This document shows, one piece after another, positions 24,970-38,060 of a DNA stretch of 64,000 bases. The position numbers were made by a program, and so were the translations under genes. The first letter of the stretch is position 1; each line of letters begins with the position of its first letter. The notes under the pieces are model-generated. The model was given only the letters and a program-made list of their open reading frames with translations, had not been told where the DNA came from and made no database searches. The DNA comes from Blasia pusilla (taxonomy: Eukaryota), in NCBI GenBank assembly GCA_050084515.1, contig CM114271.1, positions 48,608,001-48,672,000 of the forward strand, written 5' to 3'.

Positions 24970-25971
24970 TGTCGCGCCCCTACTCTCCTTGAACGTCAAT
25001 CTTTAGTGTTGCGGAAGCGTGCGTTCAGTAGGTCACGAACTCATCGCCGATCTGCACCCAAACACGTACTCTCGTTAGTCGGGTTTGGCCAACCGGTGTT
25101 CCAACCCACCGAGTCCTAAACTCGGCGTCTCATCAAGCTCAACCTTCCTTAGTTCCTAGCTCCCAACACATGGCAAGTCCTTCAAGACCTGGAACAGACT
25201 TCCTGGTTAGTCCAGGGATCTGAAATGGCACTTGCACGCCTAGCGATCCCAACTGTTCAACGGTCCTCGTGTGAGTTCCGAACCGAGACCCAAGTAATTG
25301 AGTCGCGGCATGAAATCCAAGAGGGATGTCTAAAATCGCCTCAATGGACTTGGTGCAGGTTTTCCAACCCAACGCCCAAACTCGCGTTCCGTTCCATGGC
25401 CTTGAGCCGCCCCGCGGCGCCCAAAGTGGGGTTTGGGTTCCAAGCACTCTCGGAGACCTTCCCCCTTACTAGTACTTCTGGGGTTCTCCAATAACCCCTA
25501 CCCTTTGGGAAAAGAGGTTCGGGCCCTTCATTGTGGCCCTCAACCCGACTCCACTTACAGTCGTTTTCGGGTTGTATCTCGGCCGCTGCTTATGCGTTTT
25601 CAGCGATCTTTGGTGTGTTTGAACCGGATTTTCATAGGCTTTCCAACGCACTCTTATTTGCTCCAAACGCATCTCAGCGCTAAAAGTTATGGCCATAAAT
25701 ACAGTCGGAAACTCTCAAACGCAAGTGGCGTTCCAAATCCGGATCTTTCCTTTGGCAACCCACTTCCTAGACTCGACTTCTTTCAAGTCTCATTCCGCGT
25801 TTGGTCCAGGTTTTTGAGTTGCGACCATCACATCTGAAACGCGACTTCTCGCTCGCGTCTCGTCTCTTGTCTCCTCTTTGAGACAACTCCAACACGCAAA
25901 CCATCTTAGCGTGAGCCCGCTAATGTTCCGATGTTCCGCTTGGCACTTGTTTGGTCATGAGGGTCGCGACA
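24970..25971. mobile_element. Solo LTR, 1002 bp (family copy 1)
   Basis: Termini TGTCGCG...CGCGACA, TSD gtaag/ctaag (1 mismatch). Reverse-complement homolog of 62546-63547. Confidence 0.9.
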
Positions 25972-28393
25972 CTAAGCCATCACCGATGATCTTCTTTGCT
26001 CAATTTCCTTGCATGAGGCTGCTAAATCTCGTCGGTTGTCTGTGCGACTGTTGACAATCAAGTCTTTAGACAAGAGGATTTCAAAAATCTGCAGACAGAG
26101 GACAAGCTTAACCTCCAAACCCCTATCGTTTCACTTGGTTGTGCCCATAGATTGGAGAACTGGAATGCTGGAATTCCCCTCTTGTGCTCCTGGTGAGCCT
26201 CAAGCCTCAATACAATGCTCTTGAGAGTTGTACAGTTGGGCAAGTACAATCGCTTTTCAAAAGGCCATTTCAGATCCTCTGTGTGATATTGTAGGAATGA
26301 GTTCCGACTGGTCCTATCCCCTCACAGACCCAATGCATTCATCCTCCCTTTCTTGCAAATCTACTTGCTTCGCTGTACTATGGGGCCTTGGATGTACGTT
26401 TGGCGTTCCAGTGTCATGAATTTAGACGCCATGAGTGCTCGTCGATAGATTGCATGTCAAATTGACATGCAATCTATCGACGTTTAGACAATCAGCATAA
26501 GTATGATGGACGGGTTCTCCCAGCTAATCGAGTATGCTTCGTGTGAACTGAGAGGCCTGAGTTGCCTTGATCGCTTATACACTTCTCGGAGTCTGGGCTG
26601 GGGATGGACTCTTCTAAAAGCCGTTTCCAAATGTATATCTGTCTAGATTAGGTGTGTATGCGGAATGGCGCAATTCCGATAGTACGCGGCATATACCCAA
26701 GTCAATTACAGAAGAATTCCATGTCATATTTTCCGGGGAAATTGTAGGAGTCCATTTCTGTCTGCTACGATTTCACCTTTCTCTCTCTGGTTCACCCTCC
26801 ACAGTGGGAGTCGACGTTTCATGAGACTGGATCCTATCTTTCACTCAGTGATTGTGAGAATGGGTGGGAGGCGAGATGTGGTTGGTAGAGAACCATTCGC
26901 AAGATTTTGCAGCCTATCACGGTCCACCGATGGGAAATATGCTGCCGAGATCTGAAGAACAGTCGCCCGATCCTACCTCCACTTAAACGCGCCAAACTTT
27001 GCCGATCGAGATCGCCAGTCATGAAATCCTGGCGTCGATCCACACTTCATGGCGGTTCTCATGGCCCCTGCCACTTCAAAGGTCAAGGAATGCGCTACCT
27101 ACTTCATGACTAAATTACACCGGACCGCTCTTGCACGACGTTCACATGTATATGTCTCACCAGGTAATACATGGCTAGCACACAACCCAGGTGAAAATGT
27201 TGCTAGTTCCACCAGTTCGGTCCCATGTAAGAGCTTAGGGCCAGATCAGAAGATCAAGATCTACAAGATGTACTCCTTAACTACTATAAACCCCACCTCT
27301 TTACCCGAAGAAATTTTGGAGGAACTCTCTCCACTTCAGTATCACAATCCTATCCTCACCCTACTTACCAAAACTCCTTCCTTCCTCTCGAGTGCTTTGA
27401 GTGGAGTGGCCAGTGGAACCCAACAAGCACACTCTACTTAGAATTCACAGTCAAGGATGACCAGGGCAGCATAAGGTCCTCCAATGTGCTGCCTTGGACT
27501 AGTTGAATGTACCAAGGCATCCTCTAAAGTACACCCAACTCCTAACCGATCAGGTAGTGCAATCACCTTCTTCTTCTCCTCGTACCTTGCTGATCATTTG
27601 TTCTCCCTTCTCGTTCGGGTAGTAGGGGACTTAATGAGGCTAAGCCCATGGTCTTCTACCTATAGGGAGCTCAAGCATGACCCTCTCTCTCTCCACTCAC
27701 TAACTCTTATCACTTACCAGACACGGAAGTCCACGTTGTCACACCCTGGAAGTAATCATGTGATTGGTGTCAAAGGCCAAGCTTAGGTGGGGCGAGCAGC
27801 AAGTTTTCCAAGCACACCTTGATGGAGCACAATCTTGGAACCCAAGCTTGCCTCCCCTCTCGGGTACAGACCTCTTGTCCTCTCCCTGCACTTTTGAATG
27901 ATTAGTTGAATCATCTCCAAGAATCTCCCTTCATCAAGCCCTCCCCAACTCATCACTCAATCATGCACATACTCGAGATCAGGGCAATGGTGTGAACTCA
28001 TTTCACAGGGCTACCTCCTGTGTATCACAAAATCATAGAGTACATGAGAGACCTTCTTCTTCTCAACCCCTTCAAGCACACTACACACTACCTAGACACT
28101 GGGAGCACATAACTCTTTGGTTAGCTTGGCTCAAGAGATCAGTGTCTACTAGCCAACAACATGTCTATGCCCGCCTTCAAGCAAACCCACCAGAGTATTT
28201 ATAAGTGAAGTTGAGAGCCCTCTTCTTCCTTGGGCTTCTCTGGTACTCTGGGTTCCTACCTTCCTACAAATCTACCTCCCCCTAAGCATCTACTCCAAGG
28301 CATCTACTGCCTGAAATTTTGACCTCATCTACTTCTAAACCTGTTCTAACTAGCATTTCCCAAGCTTGCTTCTTCTCAAACTGGTTCCCTTGG

Positions 28394-28543
28394 ATGCTCC
28401 TCACCTGATTTCACCTGATCTCACCTGATCTCCCTACTGCTCCTCACCTCCTCATTACTTCCCTGCTACTCCTCACCTGATCTCACCTGATCTCCCTGCT
28501 GCTCCTCACCTCCTCATTACTTCCCTGCTGCTCCTCACCTGAT
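28394..28543. repeat. Compound minisatellite
   Basis: Repeated tgctcctcacct and tctcacctga units with a higher-order repeat of about 60 bp. Confidence 0.85.
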
Positions 28544-28544
28544 A

Positions 28545-28980
28545 AGGCCTAAGTAGTCGAATGTGTAGCTTTCCTGGAAACTTTTGGGGTCGATTATCAT
28601 ACATCAGCACCATGTCCCCCTCCTTCACTTTGGATCATCTTTGTATTCGGTTATCAAACCTCATCTTCCTTTGTTGCTGAACGGCCTTGGTCTTCTCTAA
28701 TGTTGCCTTTCTCTCCTCCTCTAGGGCATCAATCATATCCAGCCTGCTATCTATGCCACCTTCAGGTTGGAAGTGCCCTTCTAGAGTATGATCAGTCTTC
28801 AACTCCAACTCTACTACCGAGAGAGGGTTCTGCCCATACACCAAGAAGTAGGGACTTTTCCTGTGGTGCTCTTCTCAACTGTGTTGTAAGCATGGACAGC
28901 TGAAGCTAATTTCCTATCCCAATCTGATGTGTGAGCTGCCACCATCTTGGTCCGAATGGCACCAATAATCCCATTTAAAT
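28545..28980 (-). mobile_element. Degenerate Gypsy integrase C-terminal fragment of a different family
   Basis: DWDRKLASAVHAYNT, VYGQNP, QQQRKMRFD and VKEGDMVLMYD...FPGKL. The 24.2-28.5 kb region is probably the decayed remainder of this element. Confidence 0.75.
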
Positions 28981-29157
28981 TGCAGATTGTTGTTCTAGCT
29001 CCTTCTACTCACCTAATTAGCATTATGATTATAGAATGATATCGTAACCATATCTGCACACTCTAGATTTGTTGTGTGACTTTAATATCTTTCATGTTTG
29101 TGATGTAGACTTCCAAATCCATCGAACCCGAAACGATTACGTGATATACATCAAATT

Positions 29158-32100
29158 GTGAGAGCTCAAGGACAAAAGCGAAGACATGCTAAATTAGTTG
29201 AATTGAGATCTATTGAAGTTGTTGTGAATGTTCCATTGATGGAAGAATTACAACCATCCATCATCGATGGCTCACCAGGCGTAAATACTAGAAGGTATTT
29301 ATTTATGTATAACATTTCTACTTTTTATTATAATAATAGTTATAATTTTTTTTCGTATTATGACTTTTTTTACTCTTTGTTCAGGTTGGTAGCAACATCT
29401 TCCAATGGAAATCTTCATGCTTTAATAGACTCTACATTGTCTCCAATATACGTTTCATCCATTCATTAATTTCTTTCTTTTTATTGGTTTTTTAAAATTT
29501 AATTATTTTGACTTGATTTTTATTAATATTGTTTTTCTCAGTCTTCCACTTCCGTCCAACCCTCGGGTATTACATGCTATGCTTCAAGTTGCACGAGCAT
29601 AAGGCCAGAGAAGAAGGCACCATAATTTGGCCCAAGCGAATATTTATCAATTGTCTGTGAATCTTCTTCCTAGAAAGAAAGTCGAGGCTATGACTACTAA
29701 TGACTTTCATACTCAAGCTAATACAAGGTATGATTTACATACTTTTATTATTGATGCTTCCTACTTGGTCTTAAATTTGTATGAATGATTTCTAATAACA
29801 AATTTTTTTGCATGCCAATTATGGTACATCATGAAGTTGAAGCTATTCCAAACTCTGGGATTGTGATCTTTCCATCTCTAATGTATATTTCTAAACTATA
29901 TACTCAAATTTAATAGAGATATGTTTGTATGTATATTTATTCTTATTATAATCATATATATTAATTTCTTAACCTCTCGCTTAGTCTTCGATTCCTACCA
30001 ATCCTCTACGATTATCTCACATGCTTCAAGTTGCTCGAGCTGAGGGCCAAAGAAGAAGACATGCTCATTTGGATGAAGTACATGAGATTGCACATGTTGG
30101 CGATTCGTTGATAAGGAATGATGCCAATGGACCTAATCGTGAAGGCCACATGGAAGTGAATGAAGAAAATGTATCTGCCTCGATTCCAAATGTGGGATCA
30201 CATTTGGATGAAGTACATGAGATTGCACATGTTTGTGATCCGTTGATAAGGAGCGATGCCAATGCAGCCAATCGTGAAGGCCACAGGAAAGAAAATGAAG
30301 ACAATGTACATGACTCGATTCCAAATGTGGGATCTATAAGGGTTGTGAACTTGAAAAAGTTGCTCAATATTGCACGTATTCCTAACTTTGAAGAGAATCA
30401 CATACGAACTCTTAGGTTGGGAGATTGTATTGATAGTATGATTGGCCATTTTAGTGTTGGACTTATGAATGTTGTTTGTCCGACTTGCAATGCTCTACAT
30501 TGGAAGTGTGAGAGAGTGAAGTATACTAGGTTTATAAGCTCGCCTTTTAGTATGTGTTGTGGGCATGGTAAGATTCAATTACCATATTTGACAGCTTCAC
30601 CTTCTATACTAGCAGAATTACTTTCTGGTATGAGTTCAAATAGTCTTCATTTTTTGCGTAAGACACGTGCCTATAATAGTGCTCTTCAATTGGCATCTAC
30701 TGGGGCACATGTGACAGAGCAACGAGGCGGTATAGGAAACTTCAGGATTCAAGGTGGTGTATATCATTCTATTGGACCTCTTCATGCTGGAAGTGGTGCT
30801 CCTCCACAATTTGCGCAAATTTATATTCATGATGATGAGCATCAGATGGAACATAGAAGAAGGATTATGAGTGGAGATTATCGGGATCAATTGAGGCCAG
30901 AGATCTTAAGGGGATTACAAGATATGTTACATGCCCATAATCCATACGTGGCTTTATTTCGAAATGTGGCTATTGATCCATGTAATTCTGACTTTCATAT
31001 TGTTCTTAAGGGTAGTAAGCGAGGTCTCGATGCAAAACAATACACCTTGCCTGTTGCTTCAGAGATTGCAGCTATCTTGCCTGGAGATGGGAGTGAGCTA
31101 GTAGAAGGACGTGATATTATTGTTCGCTTACATGGAGGAGGGATTCGTCGTCTGTCAGACTTGAATCAAGCATATAACCCATTGCACTTTGTTTTGCCTT
31201 TTGTTTATGGTGAAGCAGGTTGGCATCCTGGGATACCTTTGCAAGGGCAACATGATCATAGAGATGATCTGCCGTTAAGAGGGGATGCTATGATGGACGA
31301 AGATAGAGATGATATTGTATAAGGAGAAATTCAAGGTGAGGTTACCACTCATGAGGCGAGTTCAAAGACGATTACAACTTTACAATTTGCTTCATTCAGA
31401 CTTCAAATGCAAGCTAACGCTATGGATAATAATCTGTTGTTGAGGTTTGGTCGCCTTACTCAAGAAAATATGGTGGATATGTATGCGACTATCAAAATGC
31501 AACGGCTAACTTGGATACGATTGCATCAAAAAGAGTTGAGAGCTGATTTATACCAAGGTGTCAGAGATGCCATGACTCGGCATGATGTGAACGGTCAAGG
31601 CATAGGGAGACGTATTATCTTACCTTCGTCTTTCATAGGAGGACCCTGTCACATGCATCAATTGTACCATGATGCTATGGCCATTGTGAGACATTTTGGG
31701 AAGCCTGACTACTTTTTGACAATGACTTGCAAACCTAAATGGCCGGAGATTACCTCTACTCTGTTGCATGGTCAACCAACGTCTGATCGTCCTGACTTGG
31801 TTGTACCTGTTTTCCAACAAAAGAAGAAGGATTTGTTGAGACTTATATTGGATAAGCATATTTTGGGTCGAGTGGTAGGATGGATTCATGTGGTCGAGTT
31901 CCAAAAGAGAGGGCTACCACATGTGCATATCCTAATTATTCTTGCTTCTGAGAATAAGCCAAGGACAACTTCTGATTTTGACGATATTATATTTGCTGAG
32001 ATTCCGAATCCCATGACTCATCCTAGGCTACATTCTACTGTAAGAAATTGTATGATTCATGGTCCATATGGAGGAGCACATCCAACTGCACCTTGCAAAG

Positions 32101-35100
32101 ATAAAACGACAAAAAAATGTTCCAAAGGATACCCAATGCCCTTTGCATCAATGACAATGGAGAATGAGGATGGATATCCTATTTATAAGAGGTAATTCAT
32201 TGGTTTTGTTGTTTATTTTGTCATTTGATGTTCTTCTATTAGTGTGCTATATTTTTTCCCCAACTATTAACATACTTCTATATGTGTTTATACAGGCGTG
32301 ATAATGGCAGATTGATAAATAAGTCAAATCATGACTTTGATAATCGTTGGGTGGTTCCATACAATCCAATGTTATGTACTTTATTTGATTGTCATATCAA
32401 TCTGGAGATAACAAATAGCATCTTGGCAGTAAAGTACTTTTATAAGTATGTGTACAAAGGATCTGATGCCATATCATATACCTTGGCAAATACTACATAA
32501 GGAGAGGATACTATTGATGAGACATCATTATATCTTGATGCAAGGTATTTTGATCCCTTCTATCTTTCAAGATCTCCCAATTTTTCCTAAGATATTATGT
32601 GGGAGTCTAACAATATTTATATTGTATGGTATGAAGCTACGTTTCTTCTTCAGAAGCATGTTGGCGAATCTTCAAGTTTAGTCTACATGCAGAGCAACCA
32701 AGTATTGTGAGATTGATTGTTCATCTTCCAGACAGTCAAATGGTATATTTTCATGGGCAAGATTCATTGGGTAATATTTTGGAGCGAAGTAAGGAAACCA
32801 CTCTTACTCAATGGTTTGCAACAAATGTTTCTGATTCGACTGCGCGACAATATCTTTATTTGGAGTTCCCTTCTCATTACTCTTGGAATAAGAAGCAATG
32901 GCATCCGTGTAAACGTGCGCGAAAAGGATGTGGACATCCTATTGGACGTCTGTATATGACAAATCCATGTAAACTTTCTATACTTTGTTAAGATACCATT
33001 ATTAAGGAAAAATTTGAGTTAATGTTAAAATCATATTCATGCTTCCTTCCTAATACTTTTTTTTTCGCTAATCCTAGTCGAAGGGGAGCGTCATTGGTTA
33101 CGATTACTTCTCCATCATGTGAGAGGATCTCAATCATATCAAGATTTGAGAACCATCGATGGTGTAGTTTATCCTACCTTCAAAGAGACCGCTATTCAGA
33201 TGGGACTTTTGGAGGACGATAGAGAGATATTTTCTTGCTTTGAAGAGGCGGTTGTCATTTGTACTGGCTATTCATTACGTCTACTCTTTAACATTTGTCT
33301 TCTATATAATACACCTTCCCTTCCGGCTATGGTGTGGGAACATTTTTTGGTTCCATTGACAGAAGATCTTCTACATCAAAGGCGTGAGGTAATATGCATG
33401 GCTTTTGTTGAGTTATTTTTTTTCTTATTTCTCTTATGAATATTTTAGGTACTTTATTTACGTTTTAACTTCTATATTTGTTGCTTGTAATAGAGAATTG
33501 GTATTCCGACCCTTCCATTGGATGTTCATATTATTAATCTTGCGTTATTGGAGGTCCATTACCATCTTCAAGATCATGGTAAAAGTATGGTGGACTTCCC
33601 CGACATGCCTCAACAAGATTTCCAAGCTATTGATTTATCTATTTCGCGTCTAGAAGAGGAAGAGCTCTCCTACGAGCATGATATTCTTTGTGAACGTGTG
33701 AGAGCAGGAGAGATGTCTTTAAATGATGGACAACGCGCAATTTGGGAAGTTATTTGTAATGCTTTTCGCGATATCTTACAGGATGCGCCACCTTCTGTAA
33801 GTGGATATTATGTATAGTATATTTTATTATTATTTTCTTACACTTTTTATTTATTTAAGTTTTATTCTTTTAACGTGCTTTTCTGTAACAAAAGATATGG
33901 ATTTTTCAAGCAAAACTTTTCTTTATCGATGGTCCTGGCGGAACAAGAAAAACATTTTTGTACAACCTTCTTCTTGCAATGGTACAGAGCGAGGGTCATA
34001 TAGCTCTTGCAGTTGCATCTTCGGGGATTGCCGCTTTATTATTGGATGGAGGTCGTACTGCTTATTCTCGATTCAAGATTCCTATCCAAGTACATGAAAG
34101 TTCCACTTGCAAGTAAGTCTAGATTTAAGATTTCTTTTTCTTTTATGGCATGCATATTATTGTTTTATTCTTTGATTATCCTTCATAAATGTTCCTCAGA
34201 TATTGTTTTGTTATCGATTTTCCAGCCTATCGGTCAATAGTCATATGGCCCGCCTTATACAAAAGGCGAAGTTGATCATGTGGGATGAAGCTCCTATGAC
34301 CCATCGTCACGCATTTGAGGCTGTTAATCGTACTTTCCAAGATATCATGGGTTTGATGGATCCTCGATTACGAGATTTGCCTTTTGGGGGGAAGATCATT
34401 TTATTTGGTGGTGACTTTCGACAACTTCTTCCAGTTGTTCGTCGTGGAGATCGTGCCACAGTTGTGCGTGCAACACTTAGGAGATCTCTTATTTGGTTTG
34501 ACGTGAGATTATTGAAACTCACTACCAACATGAGAGTTAATACTGTACAAGGTATTGAAGAATAAATCTAATATTTCACCTTTTTCATTTCATGTGGTTT
34601 TTGTTTATTTTTAATATTTACTTATTCCTTCATCTTATATTTATTATCAGGATATGCACGAGAAGAGCAAGAATCGTTTGCAACGTGGTTATTAGAGGTA
34701 GGAGAGGGTCGTGTAGCGTTACATTTGGACCTTGGAGAGGATTTTATACAAGTTCCGGATGCGAGAATTGTTAAAACCACAAGGATCAATGATTTCATTG
34801 ACATTGTTTATGGACACGATGTTCATAAGTGGAGTGACATTGATTTCTTGAGGGGTACATCCATTTTGTCAACCAAGAATACTACTGTGGATATTATAAA
34901 CGGAGAAATCATGTCTCGATTTCCAGGAGAGGTAATATTTATATTCTTGAATATCATTATTCTATTTTGATTGTTCTACTGCTATATTTTTCTCTCATCT
35001 CTCTTATTATTAATGATTTATTTTGTTTTTGCAAGAGCATACTTTCTTGAGTGCTGATTCTGTTTCCGACGATGAGATGAGACTTGTTTATCCAACAGAA

Positions 35101-35592
35101 TTTTTGAATACATGTTTACCATCTGGATTGCTAGCTCATTGTTTGACTTTGAAGATTGGAGCTCCGATAATGCTATTACGAAATATGAATGGAGCAAAGG
35201 GACAAGCAAACGAGACTCGACTGGTGATAACTGGCTTTAGTCGACATCTTATAGATGCAACAATTATCACGGGAAAAAACATTGGAGCTCGAGTTTTCAT
35301 TCCACGCATTTCATTGATTGCTTCTGATTCCGGCCTACCATTTGATTTACGACGATTTCAATTTCCTATCTGTCCTGCTTTTGCAATGTCTATTAATAAG
35401 TCTCAAGGTCAAACATTAGATAGAGTTGATATTTACTTGCCCAATCCAATATTTTCTCATGGGCAATTGTATGTTGTCTTGTCAAGAGTAAGCTCAAAGA
35501 ATTCTATTCATATTATGACAGATAATGAAAATGCTACTAACAAAATAAATATTTACACTAGGAATATTATATATAATGAAGTGCTAAATTAA
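29158..35592 (+). mobile_element. Helitron Rep/helicase pseudogene with multiple introns
   Basis: CPTCNALHW...CCGHGK zinc finger. Rep motifs YFLTMTC, VEFQKRGLPHVHIL and KYFYKYVYKG. PIF1 motifs GPGGTRKTF, WDEAPM, GGDFRQLLPV, SINKSQGQTL and SHGQLYVVLSRV. AT-rich GT-AG introns (e.g. 32192-32295, 34552-34650). Stops at 31320 and 32498 and a mutated Walker A. Termini not found. Confidence 0.93.
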
Positions 35593-36463
35593 ATTAAAAT
35601 AACATTATATACGTAAAGTTTTATATTGGCATTCATTTTCTAGATTTTGTAATACTTCATTTATTAATTTTGCATATGCTAGATTTCGATGCTTCAGTGT
35701 GACATTCATGTCCATTCCCATAACTATGTACCTCTTACCTGTGGTTTGTACAACCTACAAATTGGTTAAGGACCCATAATACGGTCGTAAACTCGGTTGC
35801 CGTGAGTGATGTAAGGAGAACGACGGCTACCTCCTTGCGTACGAGATCGCCCTCTACGCGACCTCGTGCGCAAAAGTGTTTTGAAGTTCGAAAGTCTCTT
35901 TGAGACGAGTCAGGAGTGCGCATCAGCCGCTAGCAAATACGAGCGAGCGAAAGAGCATCAGAGCGAGAGCCGGGGCGGCGGAGAAGGTGGAGTTGTTGTG
36001 TCCCACGGGACAAATTCTCGGACGCTCAGAACAAAGCAATCCTCGTATGGCGGGCGATTCGCGAGCTCAGATGAAGCGTTTATACCGAATTTTCCATCCT
36101 CTACGCAACTCCTGGGCAACGACCACAACGAAGAGTAGCGTAGAGTAGATTTCATAAAGAATATAAGAGTGGTTGGTTGATTGGAGGTCGGAAGTGGGCG
36201 TGGAGCCGGAGGTGAAGAGGAGAGTGCGGGGAGATCACGAATTGTGAGTGTGGGGACGGAGGCGGGGAAGGGAGGCGCGGTGGGAGTTGGTTTGTTTGCG
36301 TGGGAGTGCAATGGGACACGTTCTGCACCGCTTCTCAGGGCGATTGCCTGTTGCCTGCATATCGCAGATGCGTAATCATATGCTTGCTGCCTTCGCTTCG
36401 TCCTCTTCCAATCTCCTCGTGCCGCCGTCTCCCTATCGGCACATCTGGTCGTCTCGGATATCA

Positions 36464-36502
<39 letters not shown>

Positions 36503-38060
36503 CCTTTCATGTGTGCCTTGACTATGGTCCCGGGTCAGAAAAATCTGGATAAAAAGAAATTCCAGGCCTTATAAAAAAAAAACAAAACCAAACACCAAAT
36601 CTCCTCAGTGAGAACCCCGAACAGGAATCTAGCTGTGAAGGTGCCTGTCGCGGATGCGATGTCAATATCACATATGCATATGTGGAAGGGGTCCGATAAG
36701 CCAGATAGGCTTCCCGTGGATATTAGATTGCCCTCTCTCTCTCTGGGATCCCCGTGGACATTAAATTGCCCCATTCATTCTCTCCTCGATTGCTATTGTC
36801 GTGGGGTGTAGGGCATGCGTAACACGATCTCTTCCGCTCCTCCATCGTCTGGAAGTCTAATCTGTAGGTAGTGGGAGGCCCCGGTTTTGTTTTACAGCGT
36901 AGAATACTGCCCTTGACGCCGAGCTTCCAAAGTTACAATTGATCAAATCCAGTAGGTTAATGTTACTTGTTTTTCGATGGCAGTAGAGCAGTGGTTGTAT
37001 TTCCCGATGTAGTCTTGCTGGGAGTCGCGAGCTTGAAGTGTATCACATTGGATCTAATTCCCTCATCTGGAGTTTAGGAGGGATTTTGCTGGTCGCAGGT
37101 CCATGGAATAAAAGGGTTTTAAAAAAATCTCTCCTACTAGACCTATCGGTCTACGGAGGAGGCCTCGAGCAATTTGAGTCTACAGAATGGTTCAATTCTA
37201 TTAGGTAGTTCCGTGGGCAGGAGCAAGAATCCGTCAATTGTCGGCCGTCGATTATGCTTTCTTAGTCCTTCCTCATCTGCAAATTATGCGAGGTTTGTCA
37301 TCGCCTGGTACCCAATGAATCAGCCGGCTTGATTTGCTGCACGGAATTCTGTGAGGCATTCCTGCGGCATTTCCAGCATATCAAAGTTTCGAGATTGTTT
37401 GAGATTGCGATCAGGTGATGGTCCAATTACGTCCAATTAGGATAGCGTCGAACAATTTTAGGTGTCAGGATTTGTCTAGTCTATTCAGTTCACCAGTTGA
37501 GCTTCCAATTCTTCTTAGAATTATACACTGCACGAACAAGACGGTTCTCGTTTCTAATCACTTTCCCGCCTCCAAAAAATGGATGATTTGGCTGTCAAGG
37601 TTTTAACTATCAGACAGTCTGCAAGGTTTGTGTCATTGTTGTTGCAAGTGGATGTATTCTTCGTCTCCACCCGCCAAAATAGTTTAATGTCAAAGGAGTG
37701 GTATTAACCTACATGAAGGTCTGTAGGTTGGGGTGTTTAAAATTCCTTCTATTTGTGTGGAGGGGCGTCTGTTATTTACTTGCTGAGAGGAAAGCTGTGA
37801 TTGGTTTCAAATTTCTCTTCACAATTCTGTTTTGCCTCAAGAGATGAATAGGAAGTCAATAGAAACGTATGTATTGGTCAGTGGAAGGTTTAAGAAATGG
37901 ATGCTTACAAGGGTGTTGAGTTCTAGTGGAATCCTCACATCTTTCCTTTGTTGATGTTGCTCCATGATTGAATTTCGAATCAGGGAATTTGGGAGTTTTG
38001 AAATTGGCAATCTCTTTTCACAGGGCTTGTGAACTAAACTTTGTTGGTCGGTGCACGCAG

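Noticed and set aside
24682-24999. ER-repeat and LS-repeat ORFs
   Set aside because: Translations of the (TC)n microsatellite.
25433-25837. 134-aa ORF conserved with 62680-63084
   Set aside because: Lies inside two copies of the same solo LTR, has no ATG start and no recognisable domain; the similarity reflects repeat identity.
28394-28543. CRISPR-like array
   Set aside because: No unique spacers; it is a compound minisatellite in eukaryotic DNA.
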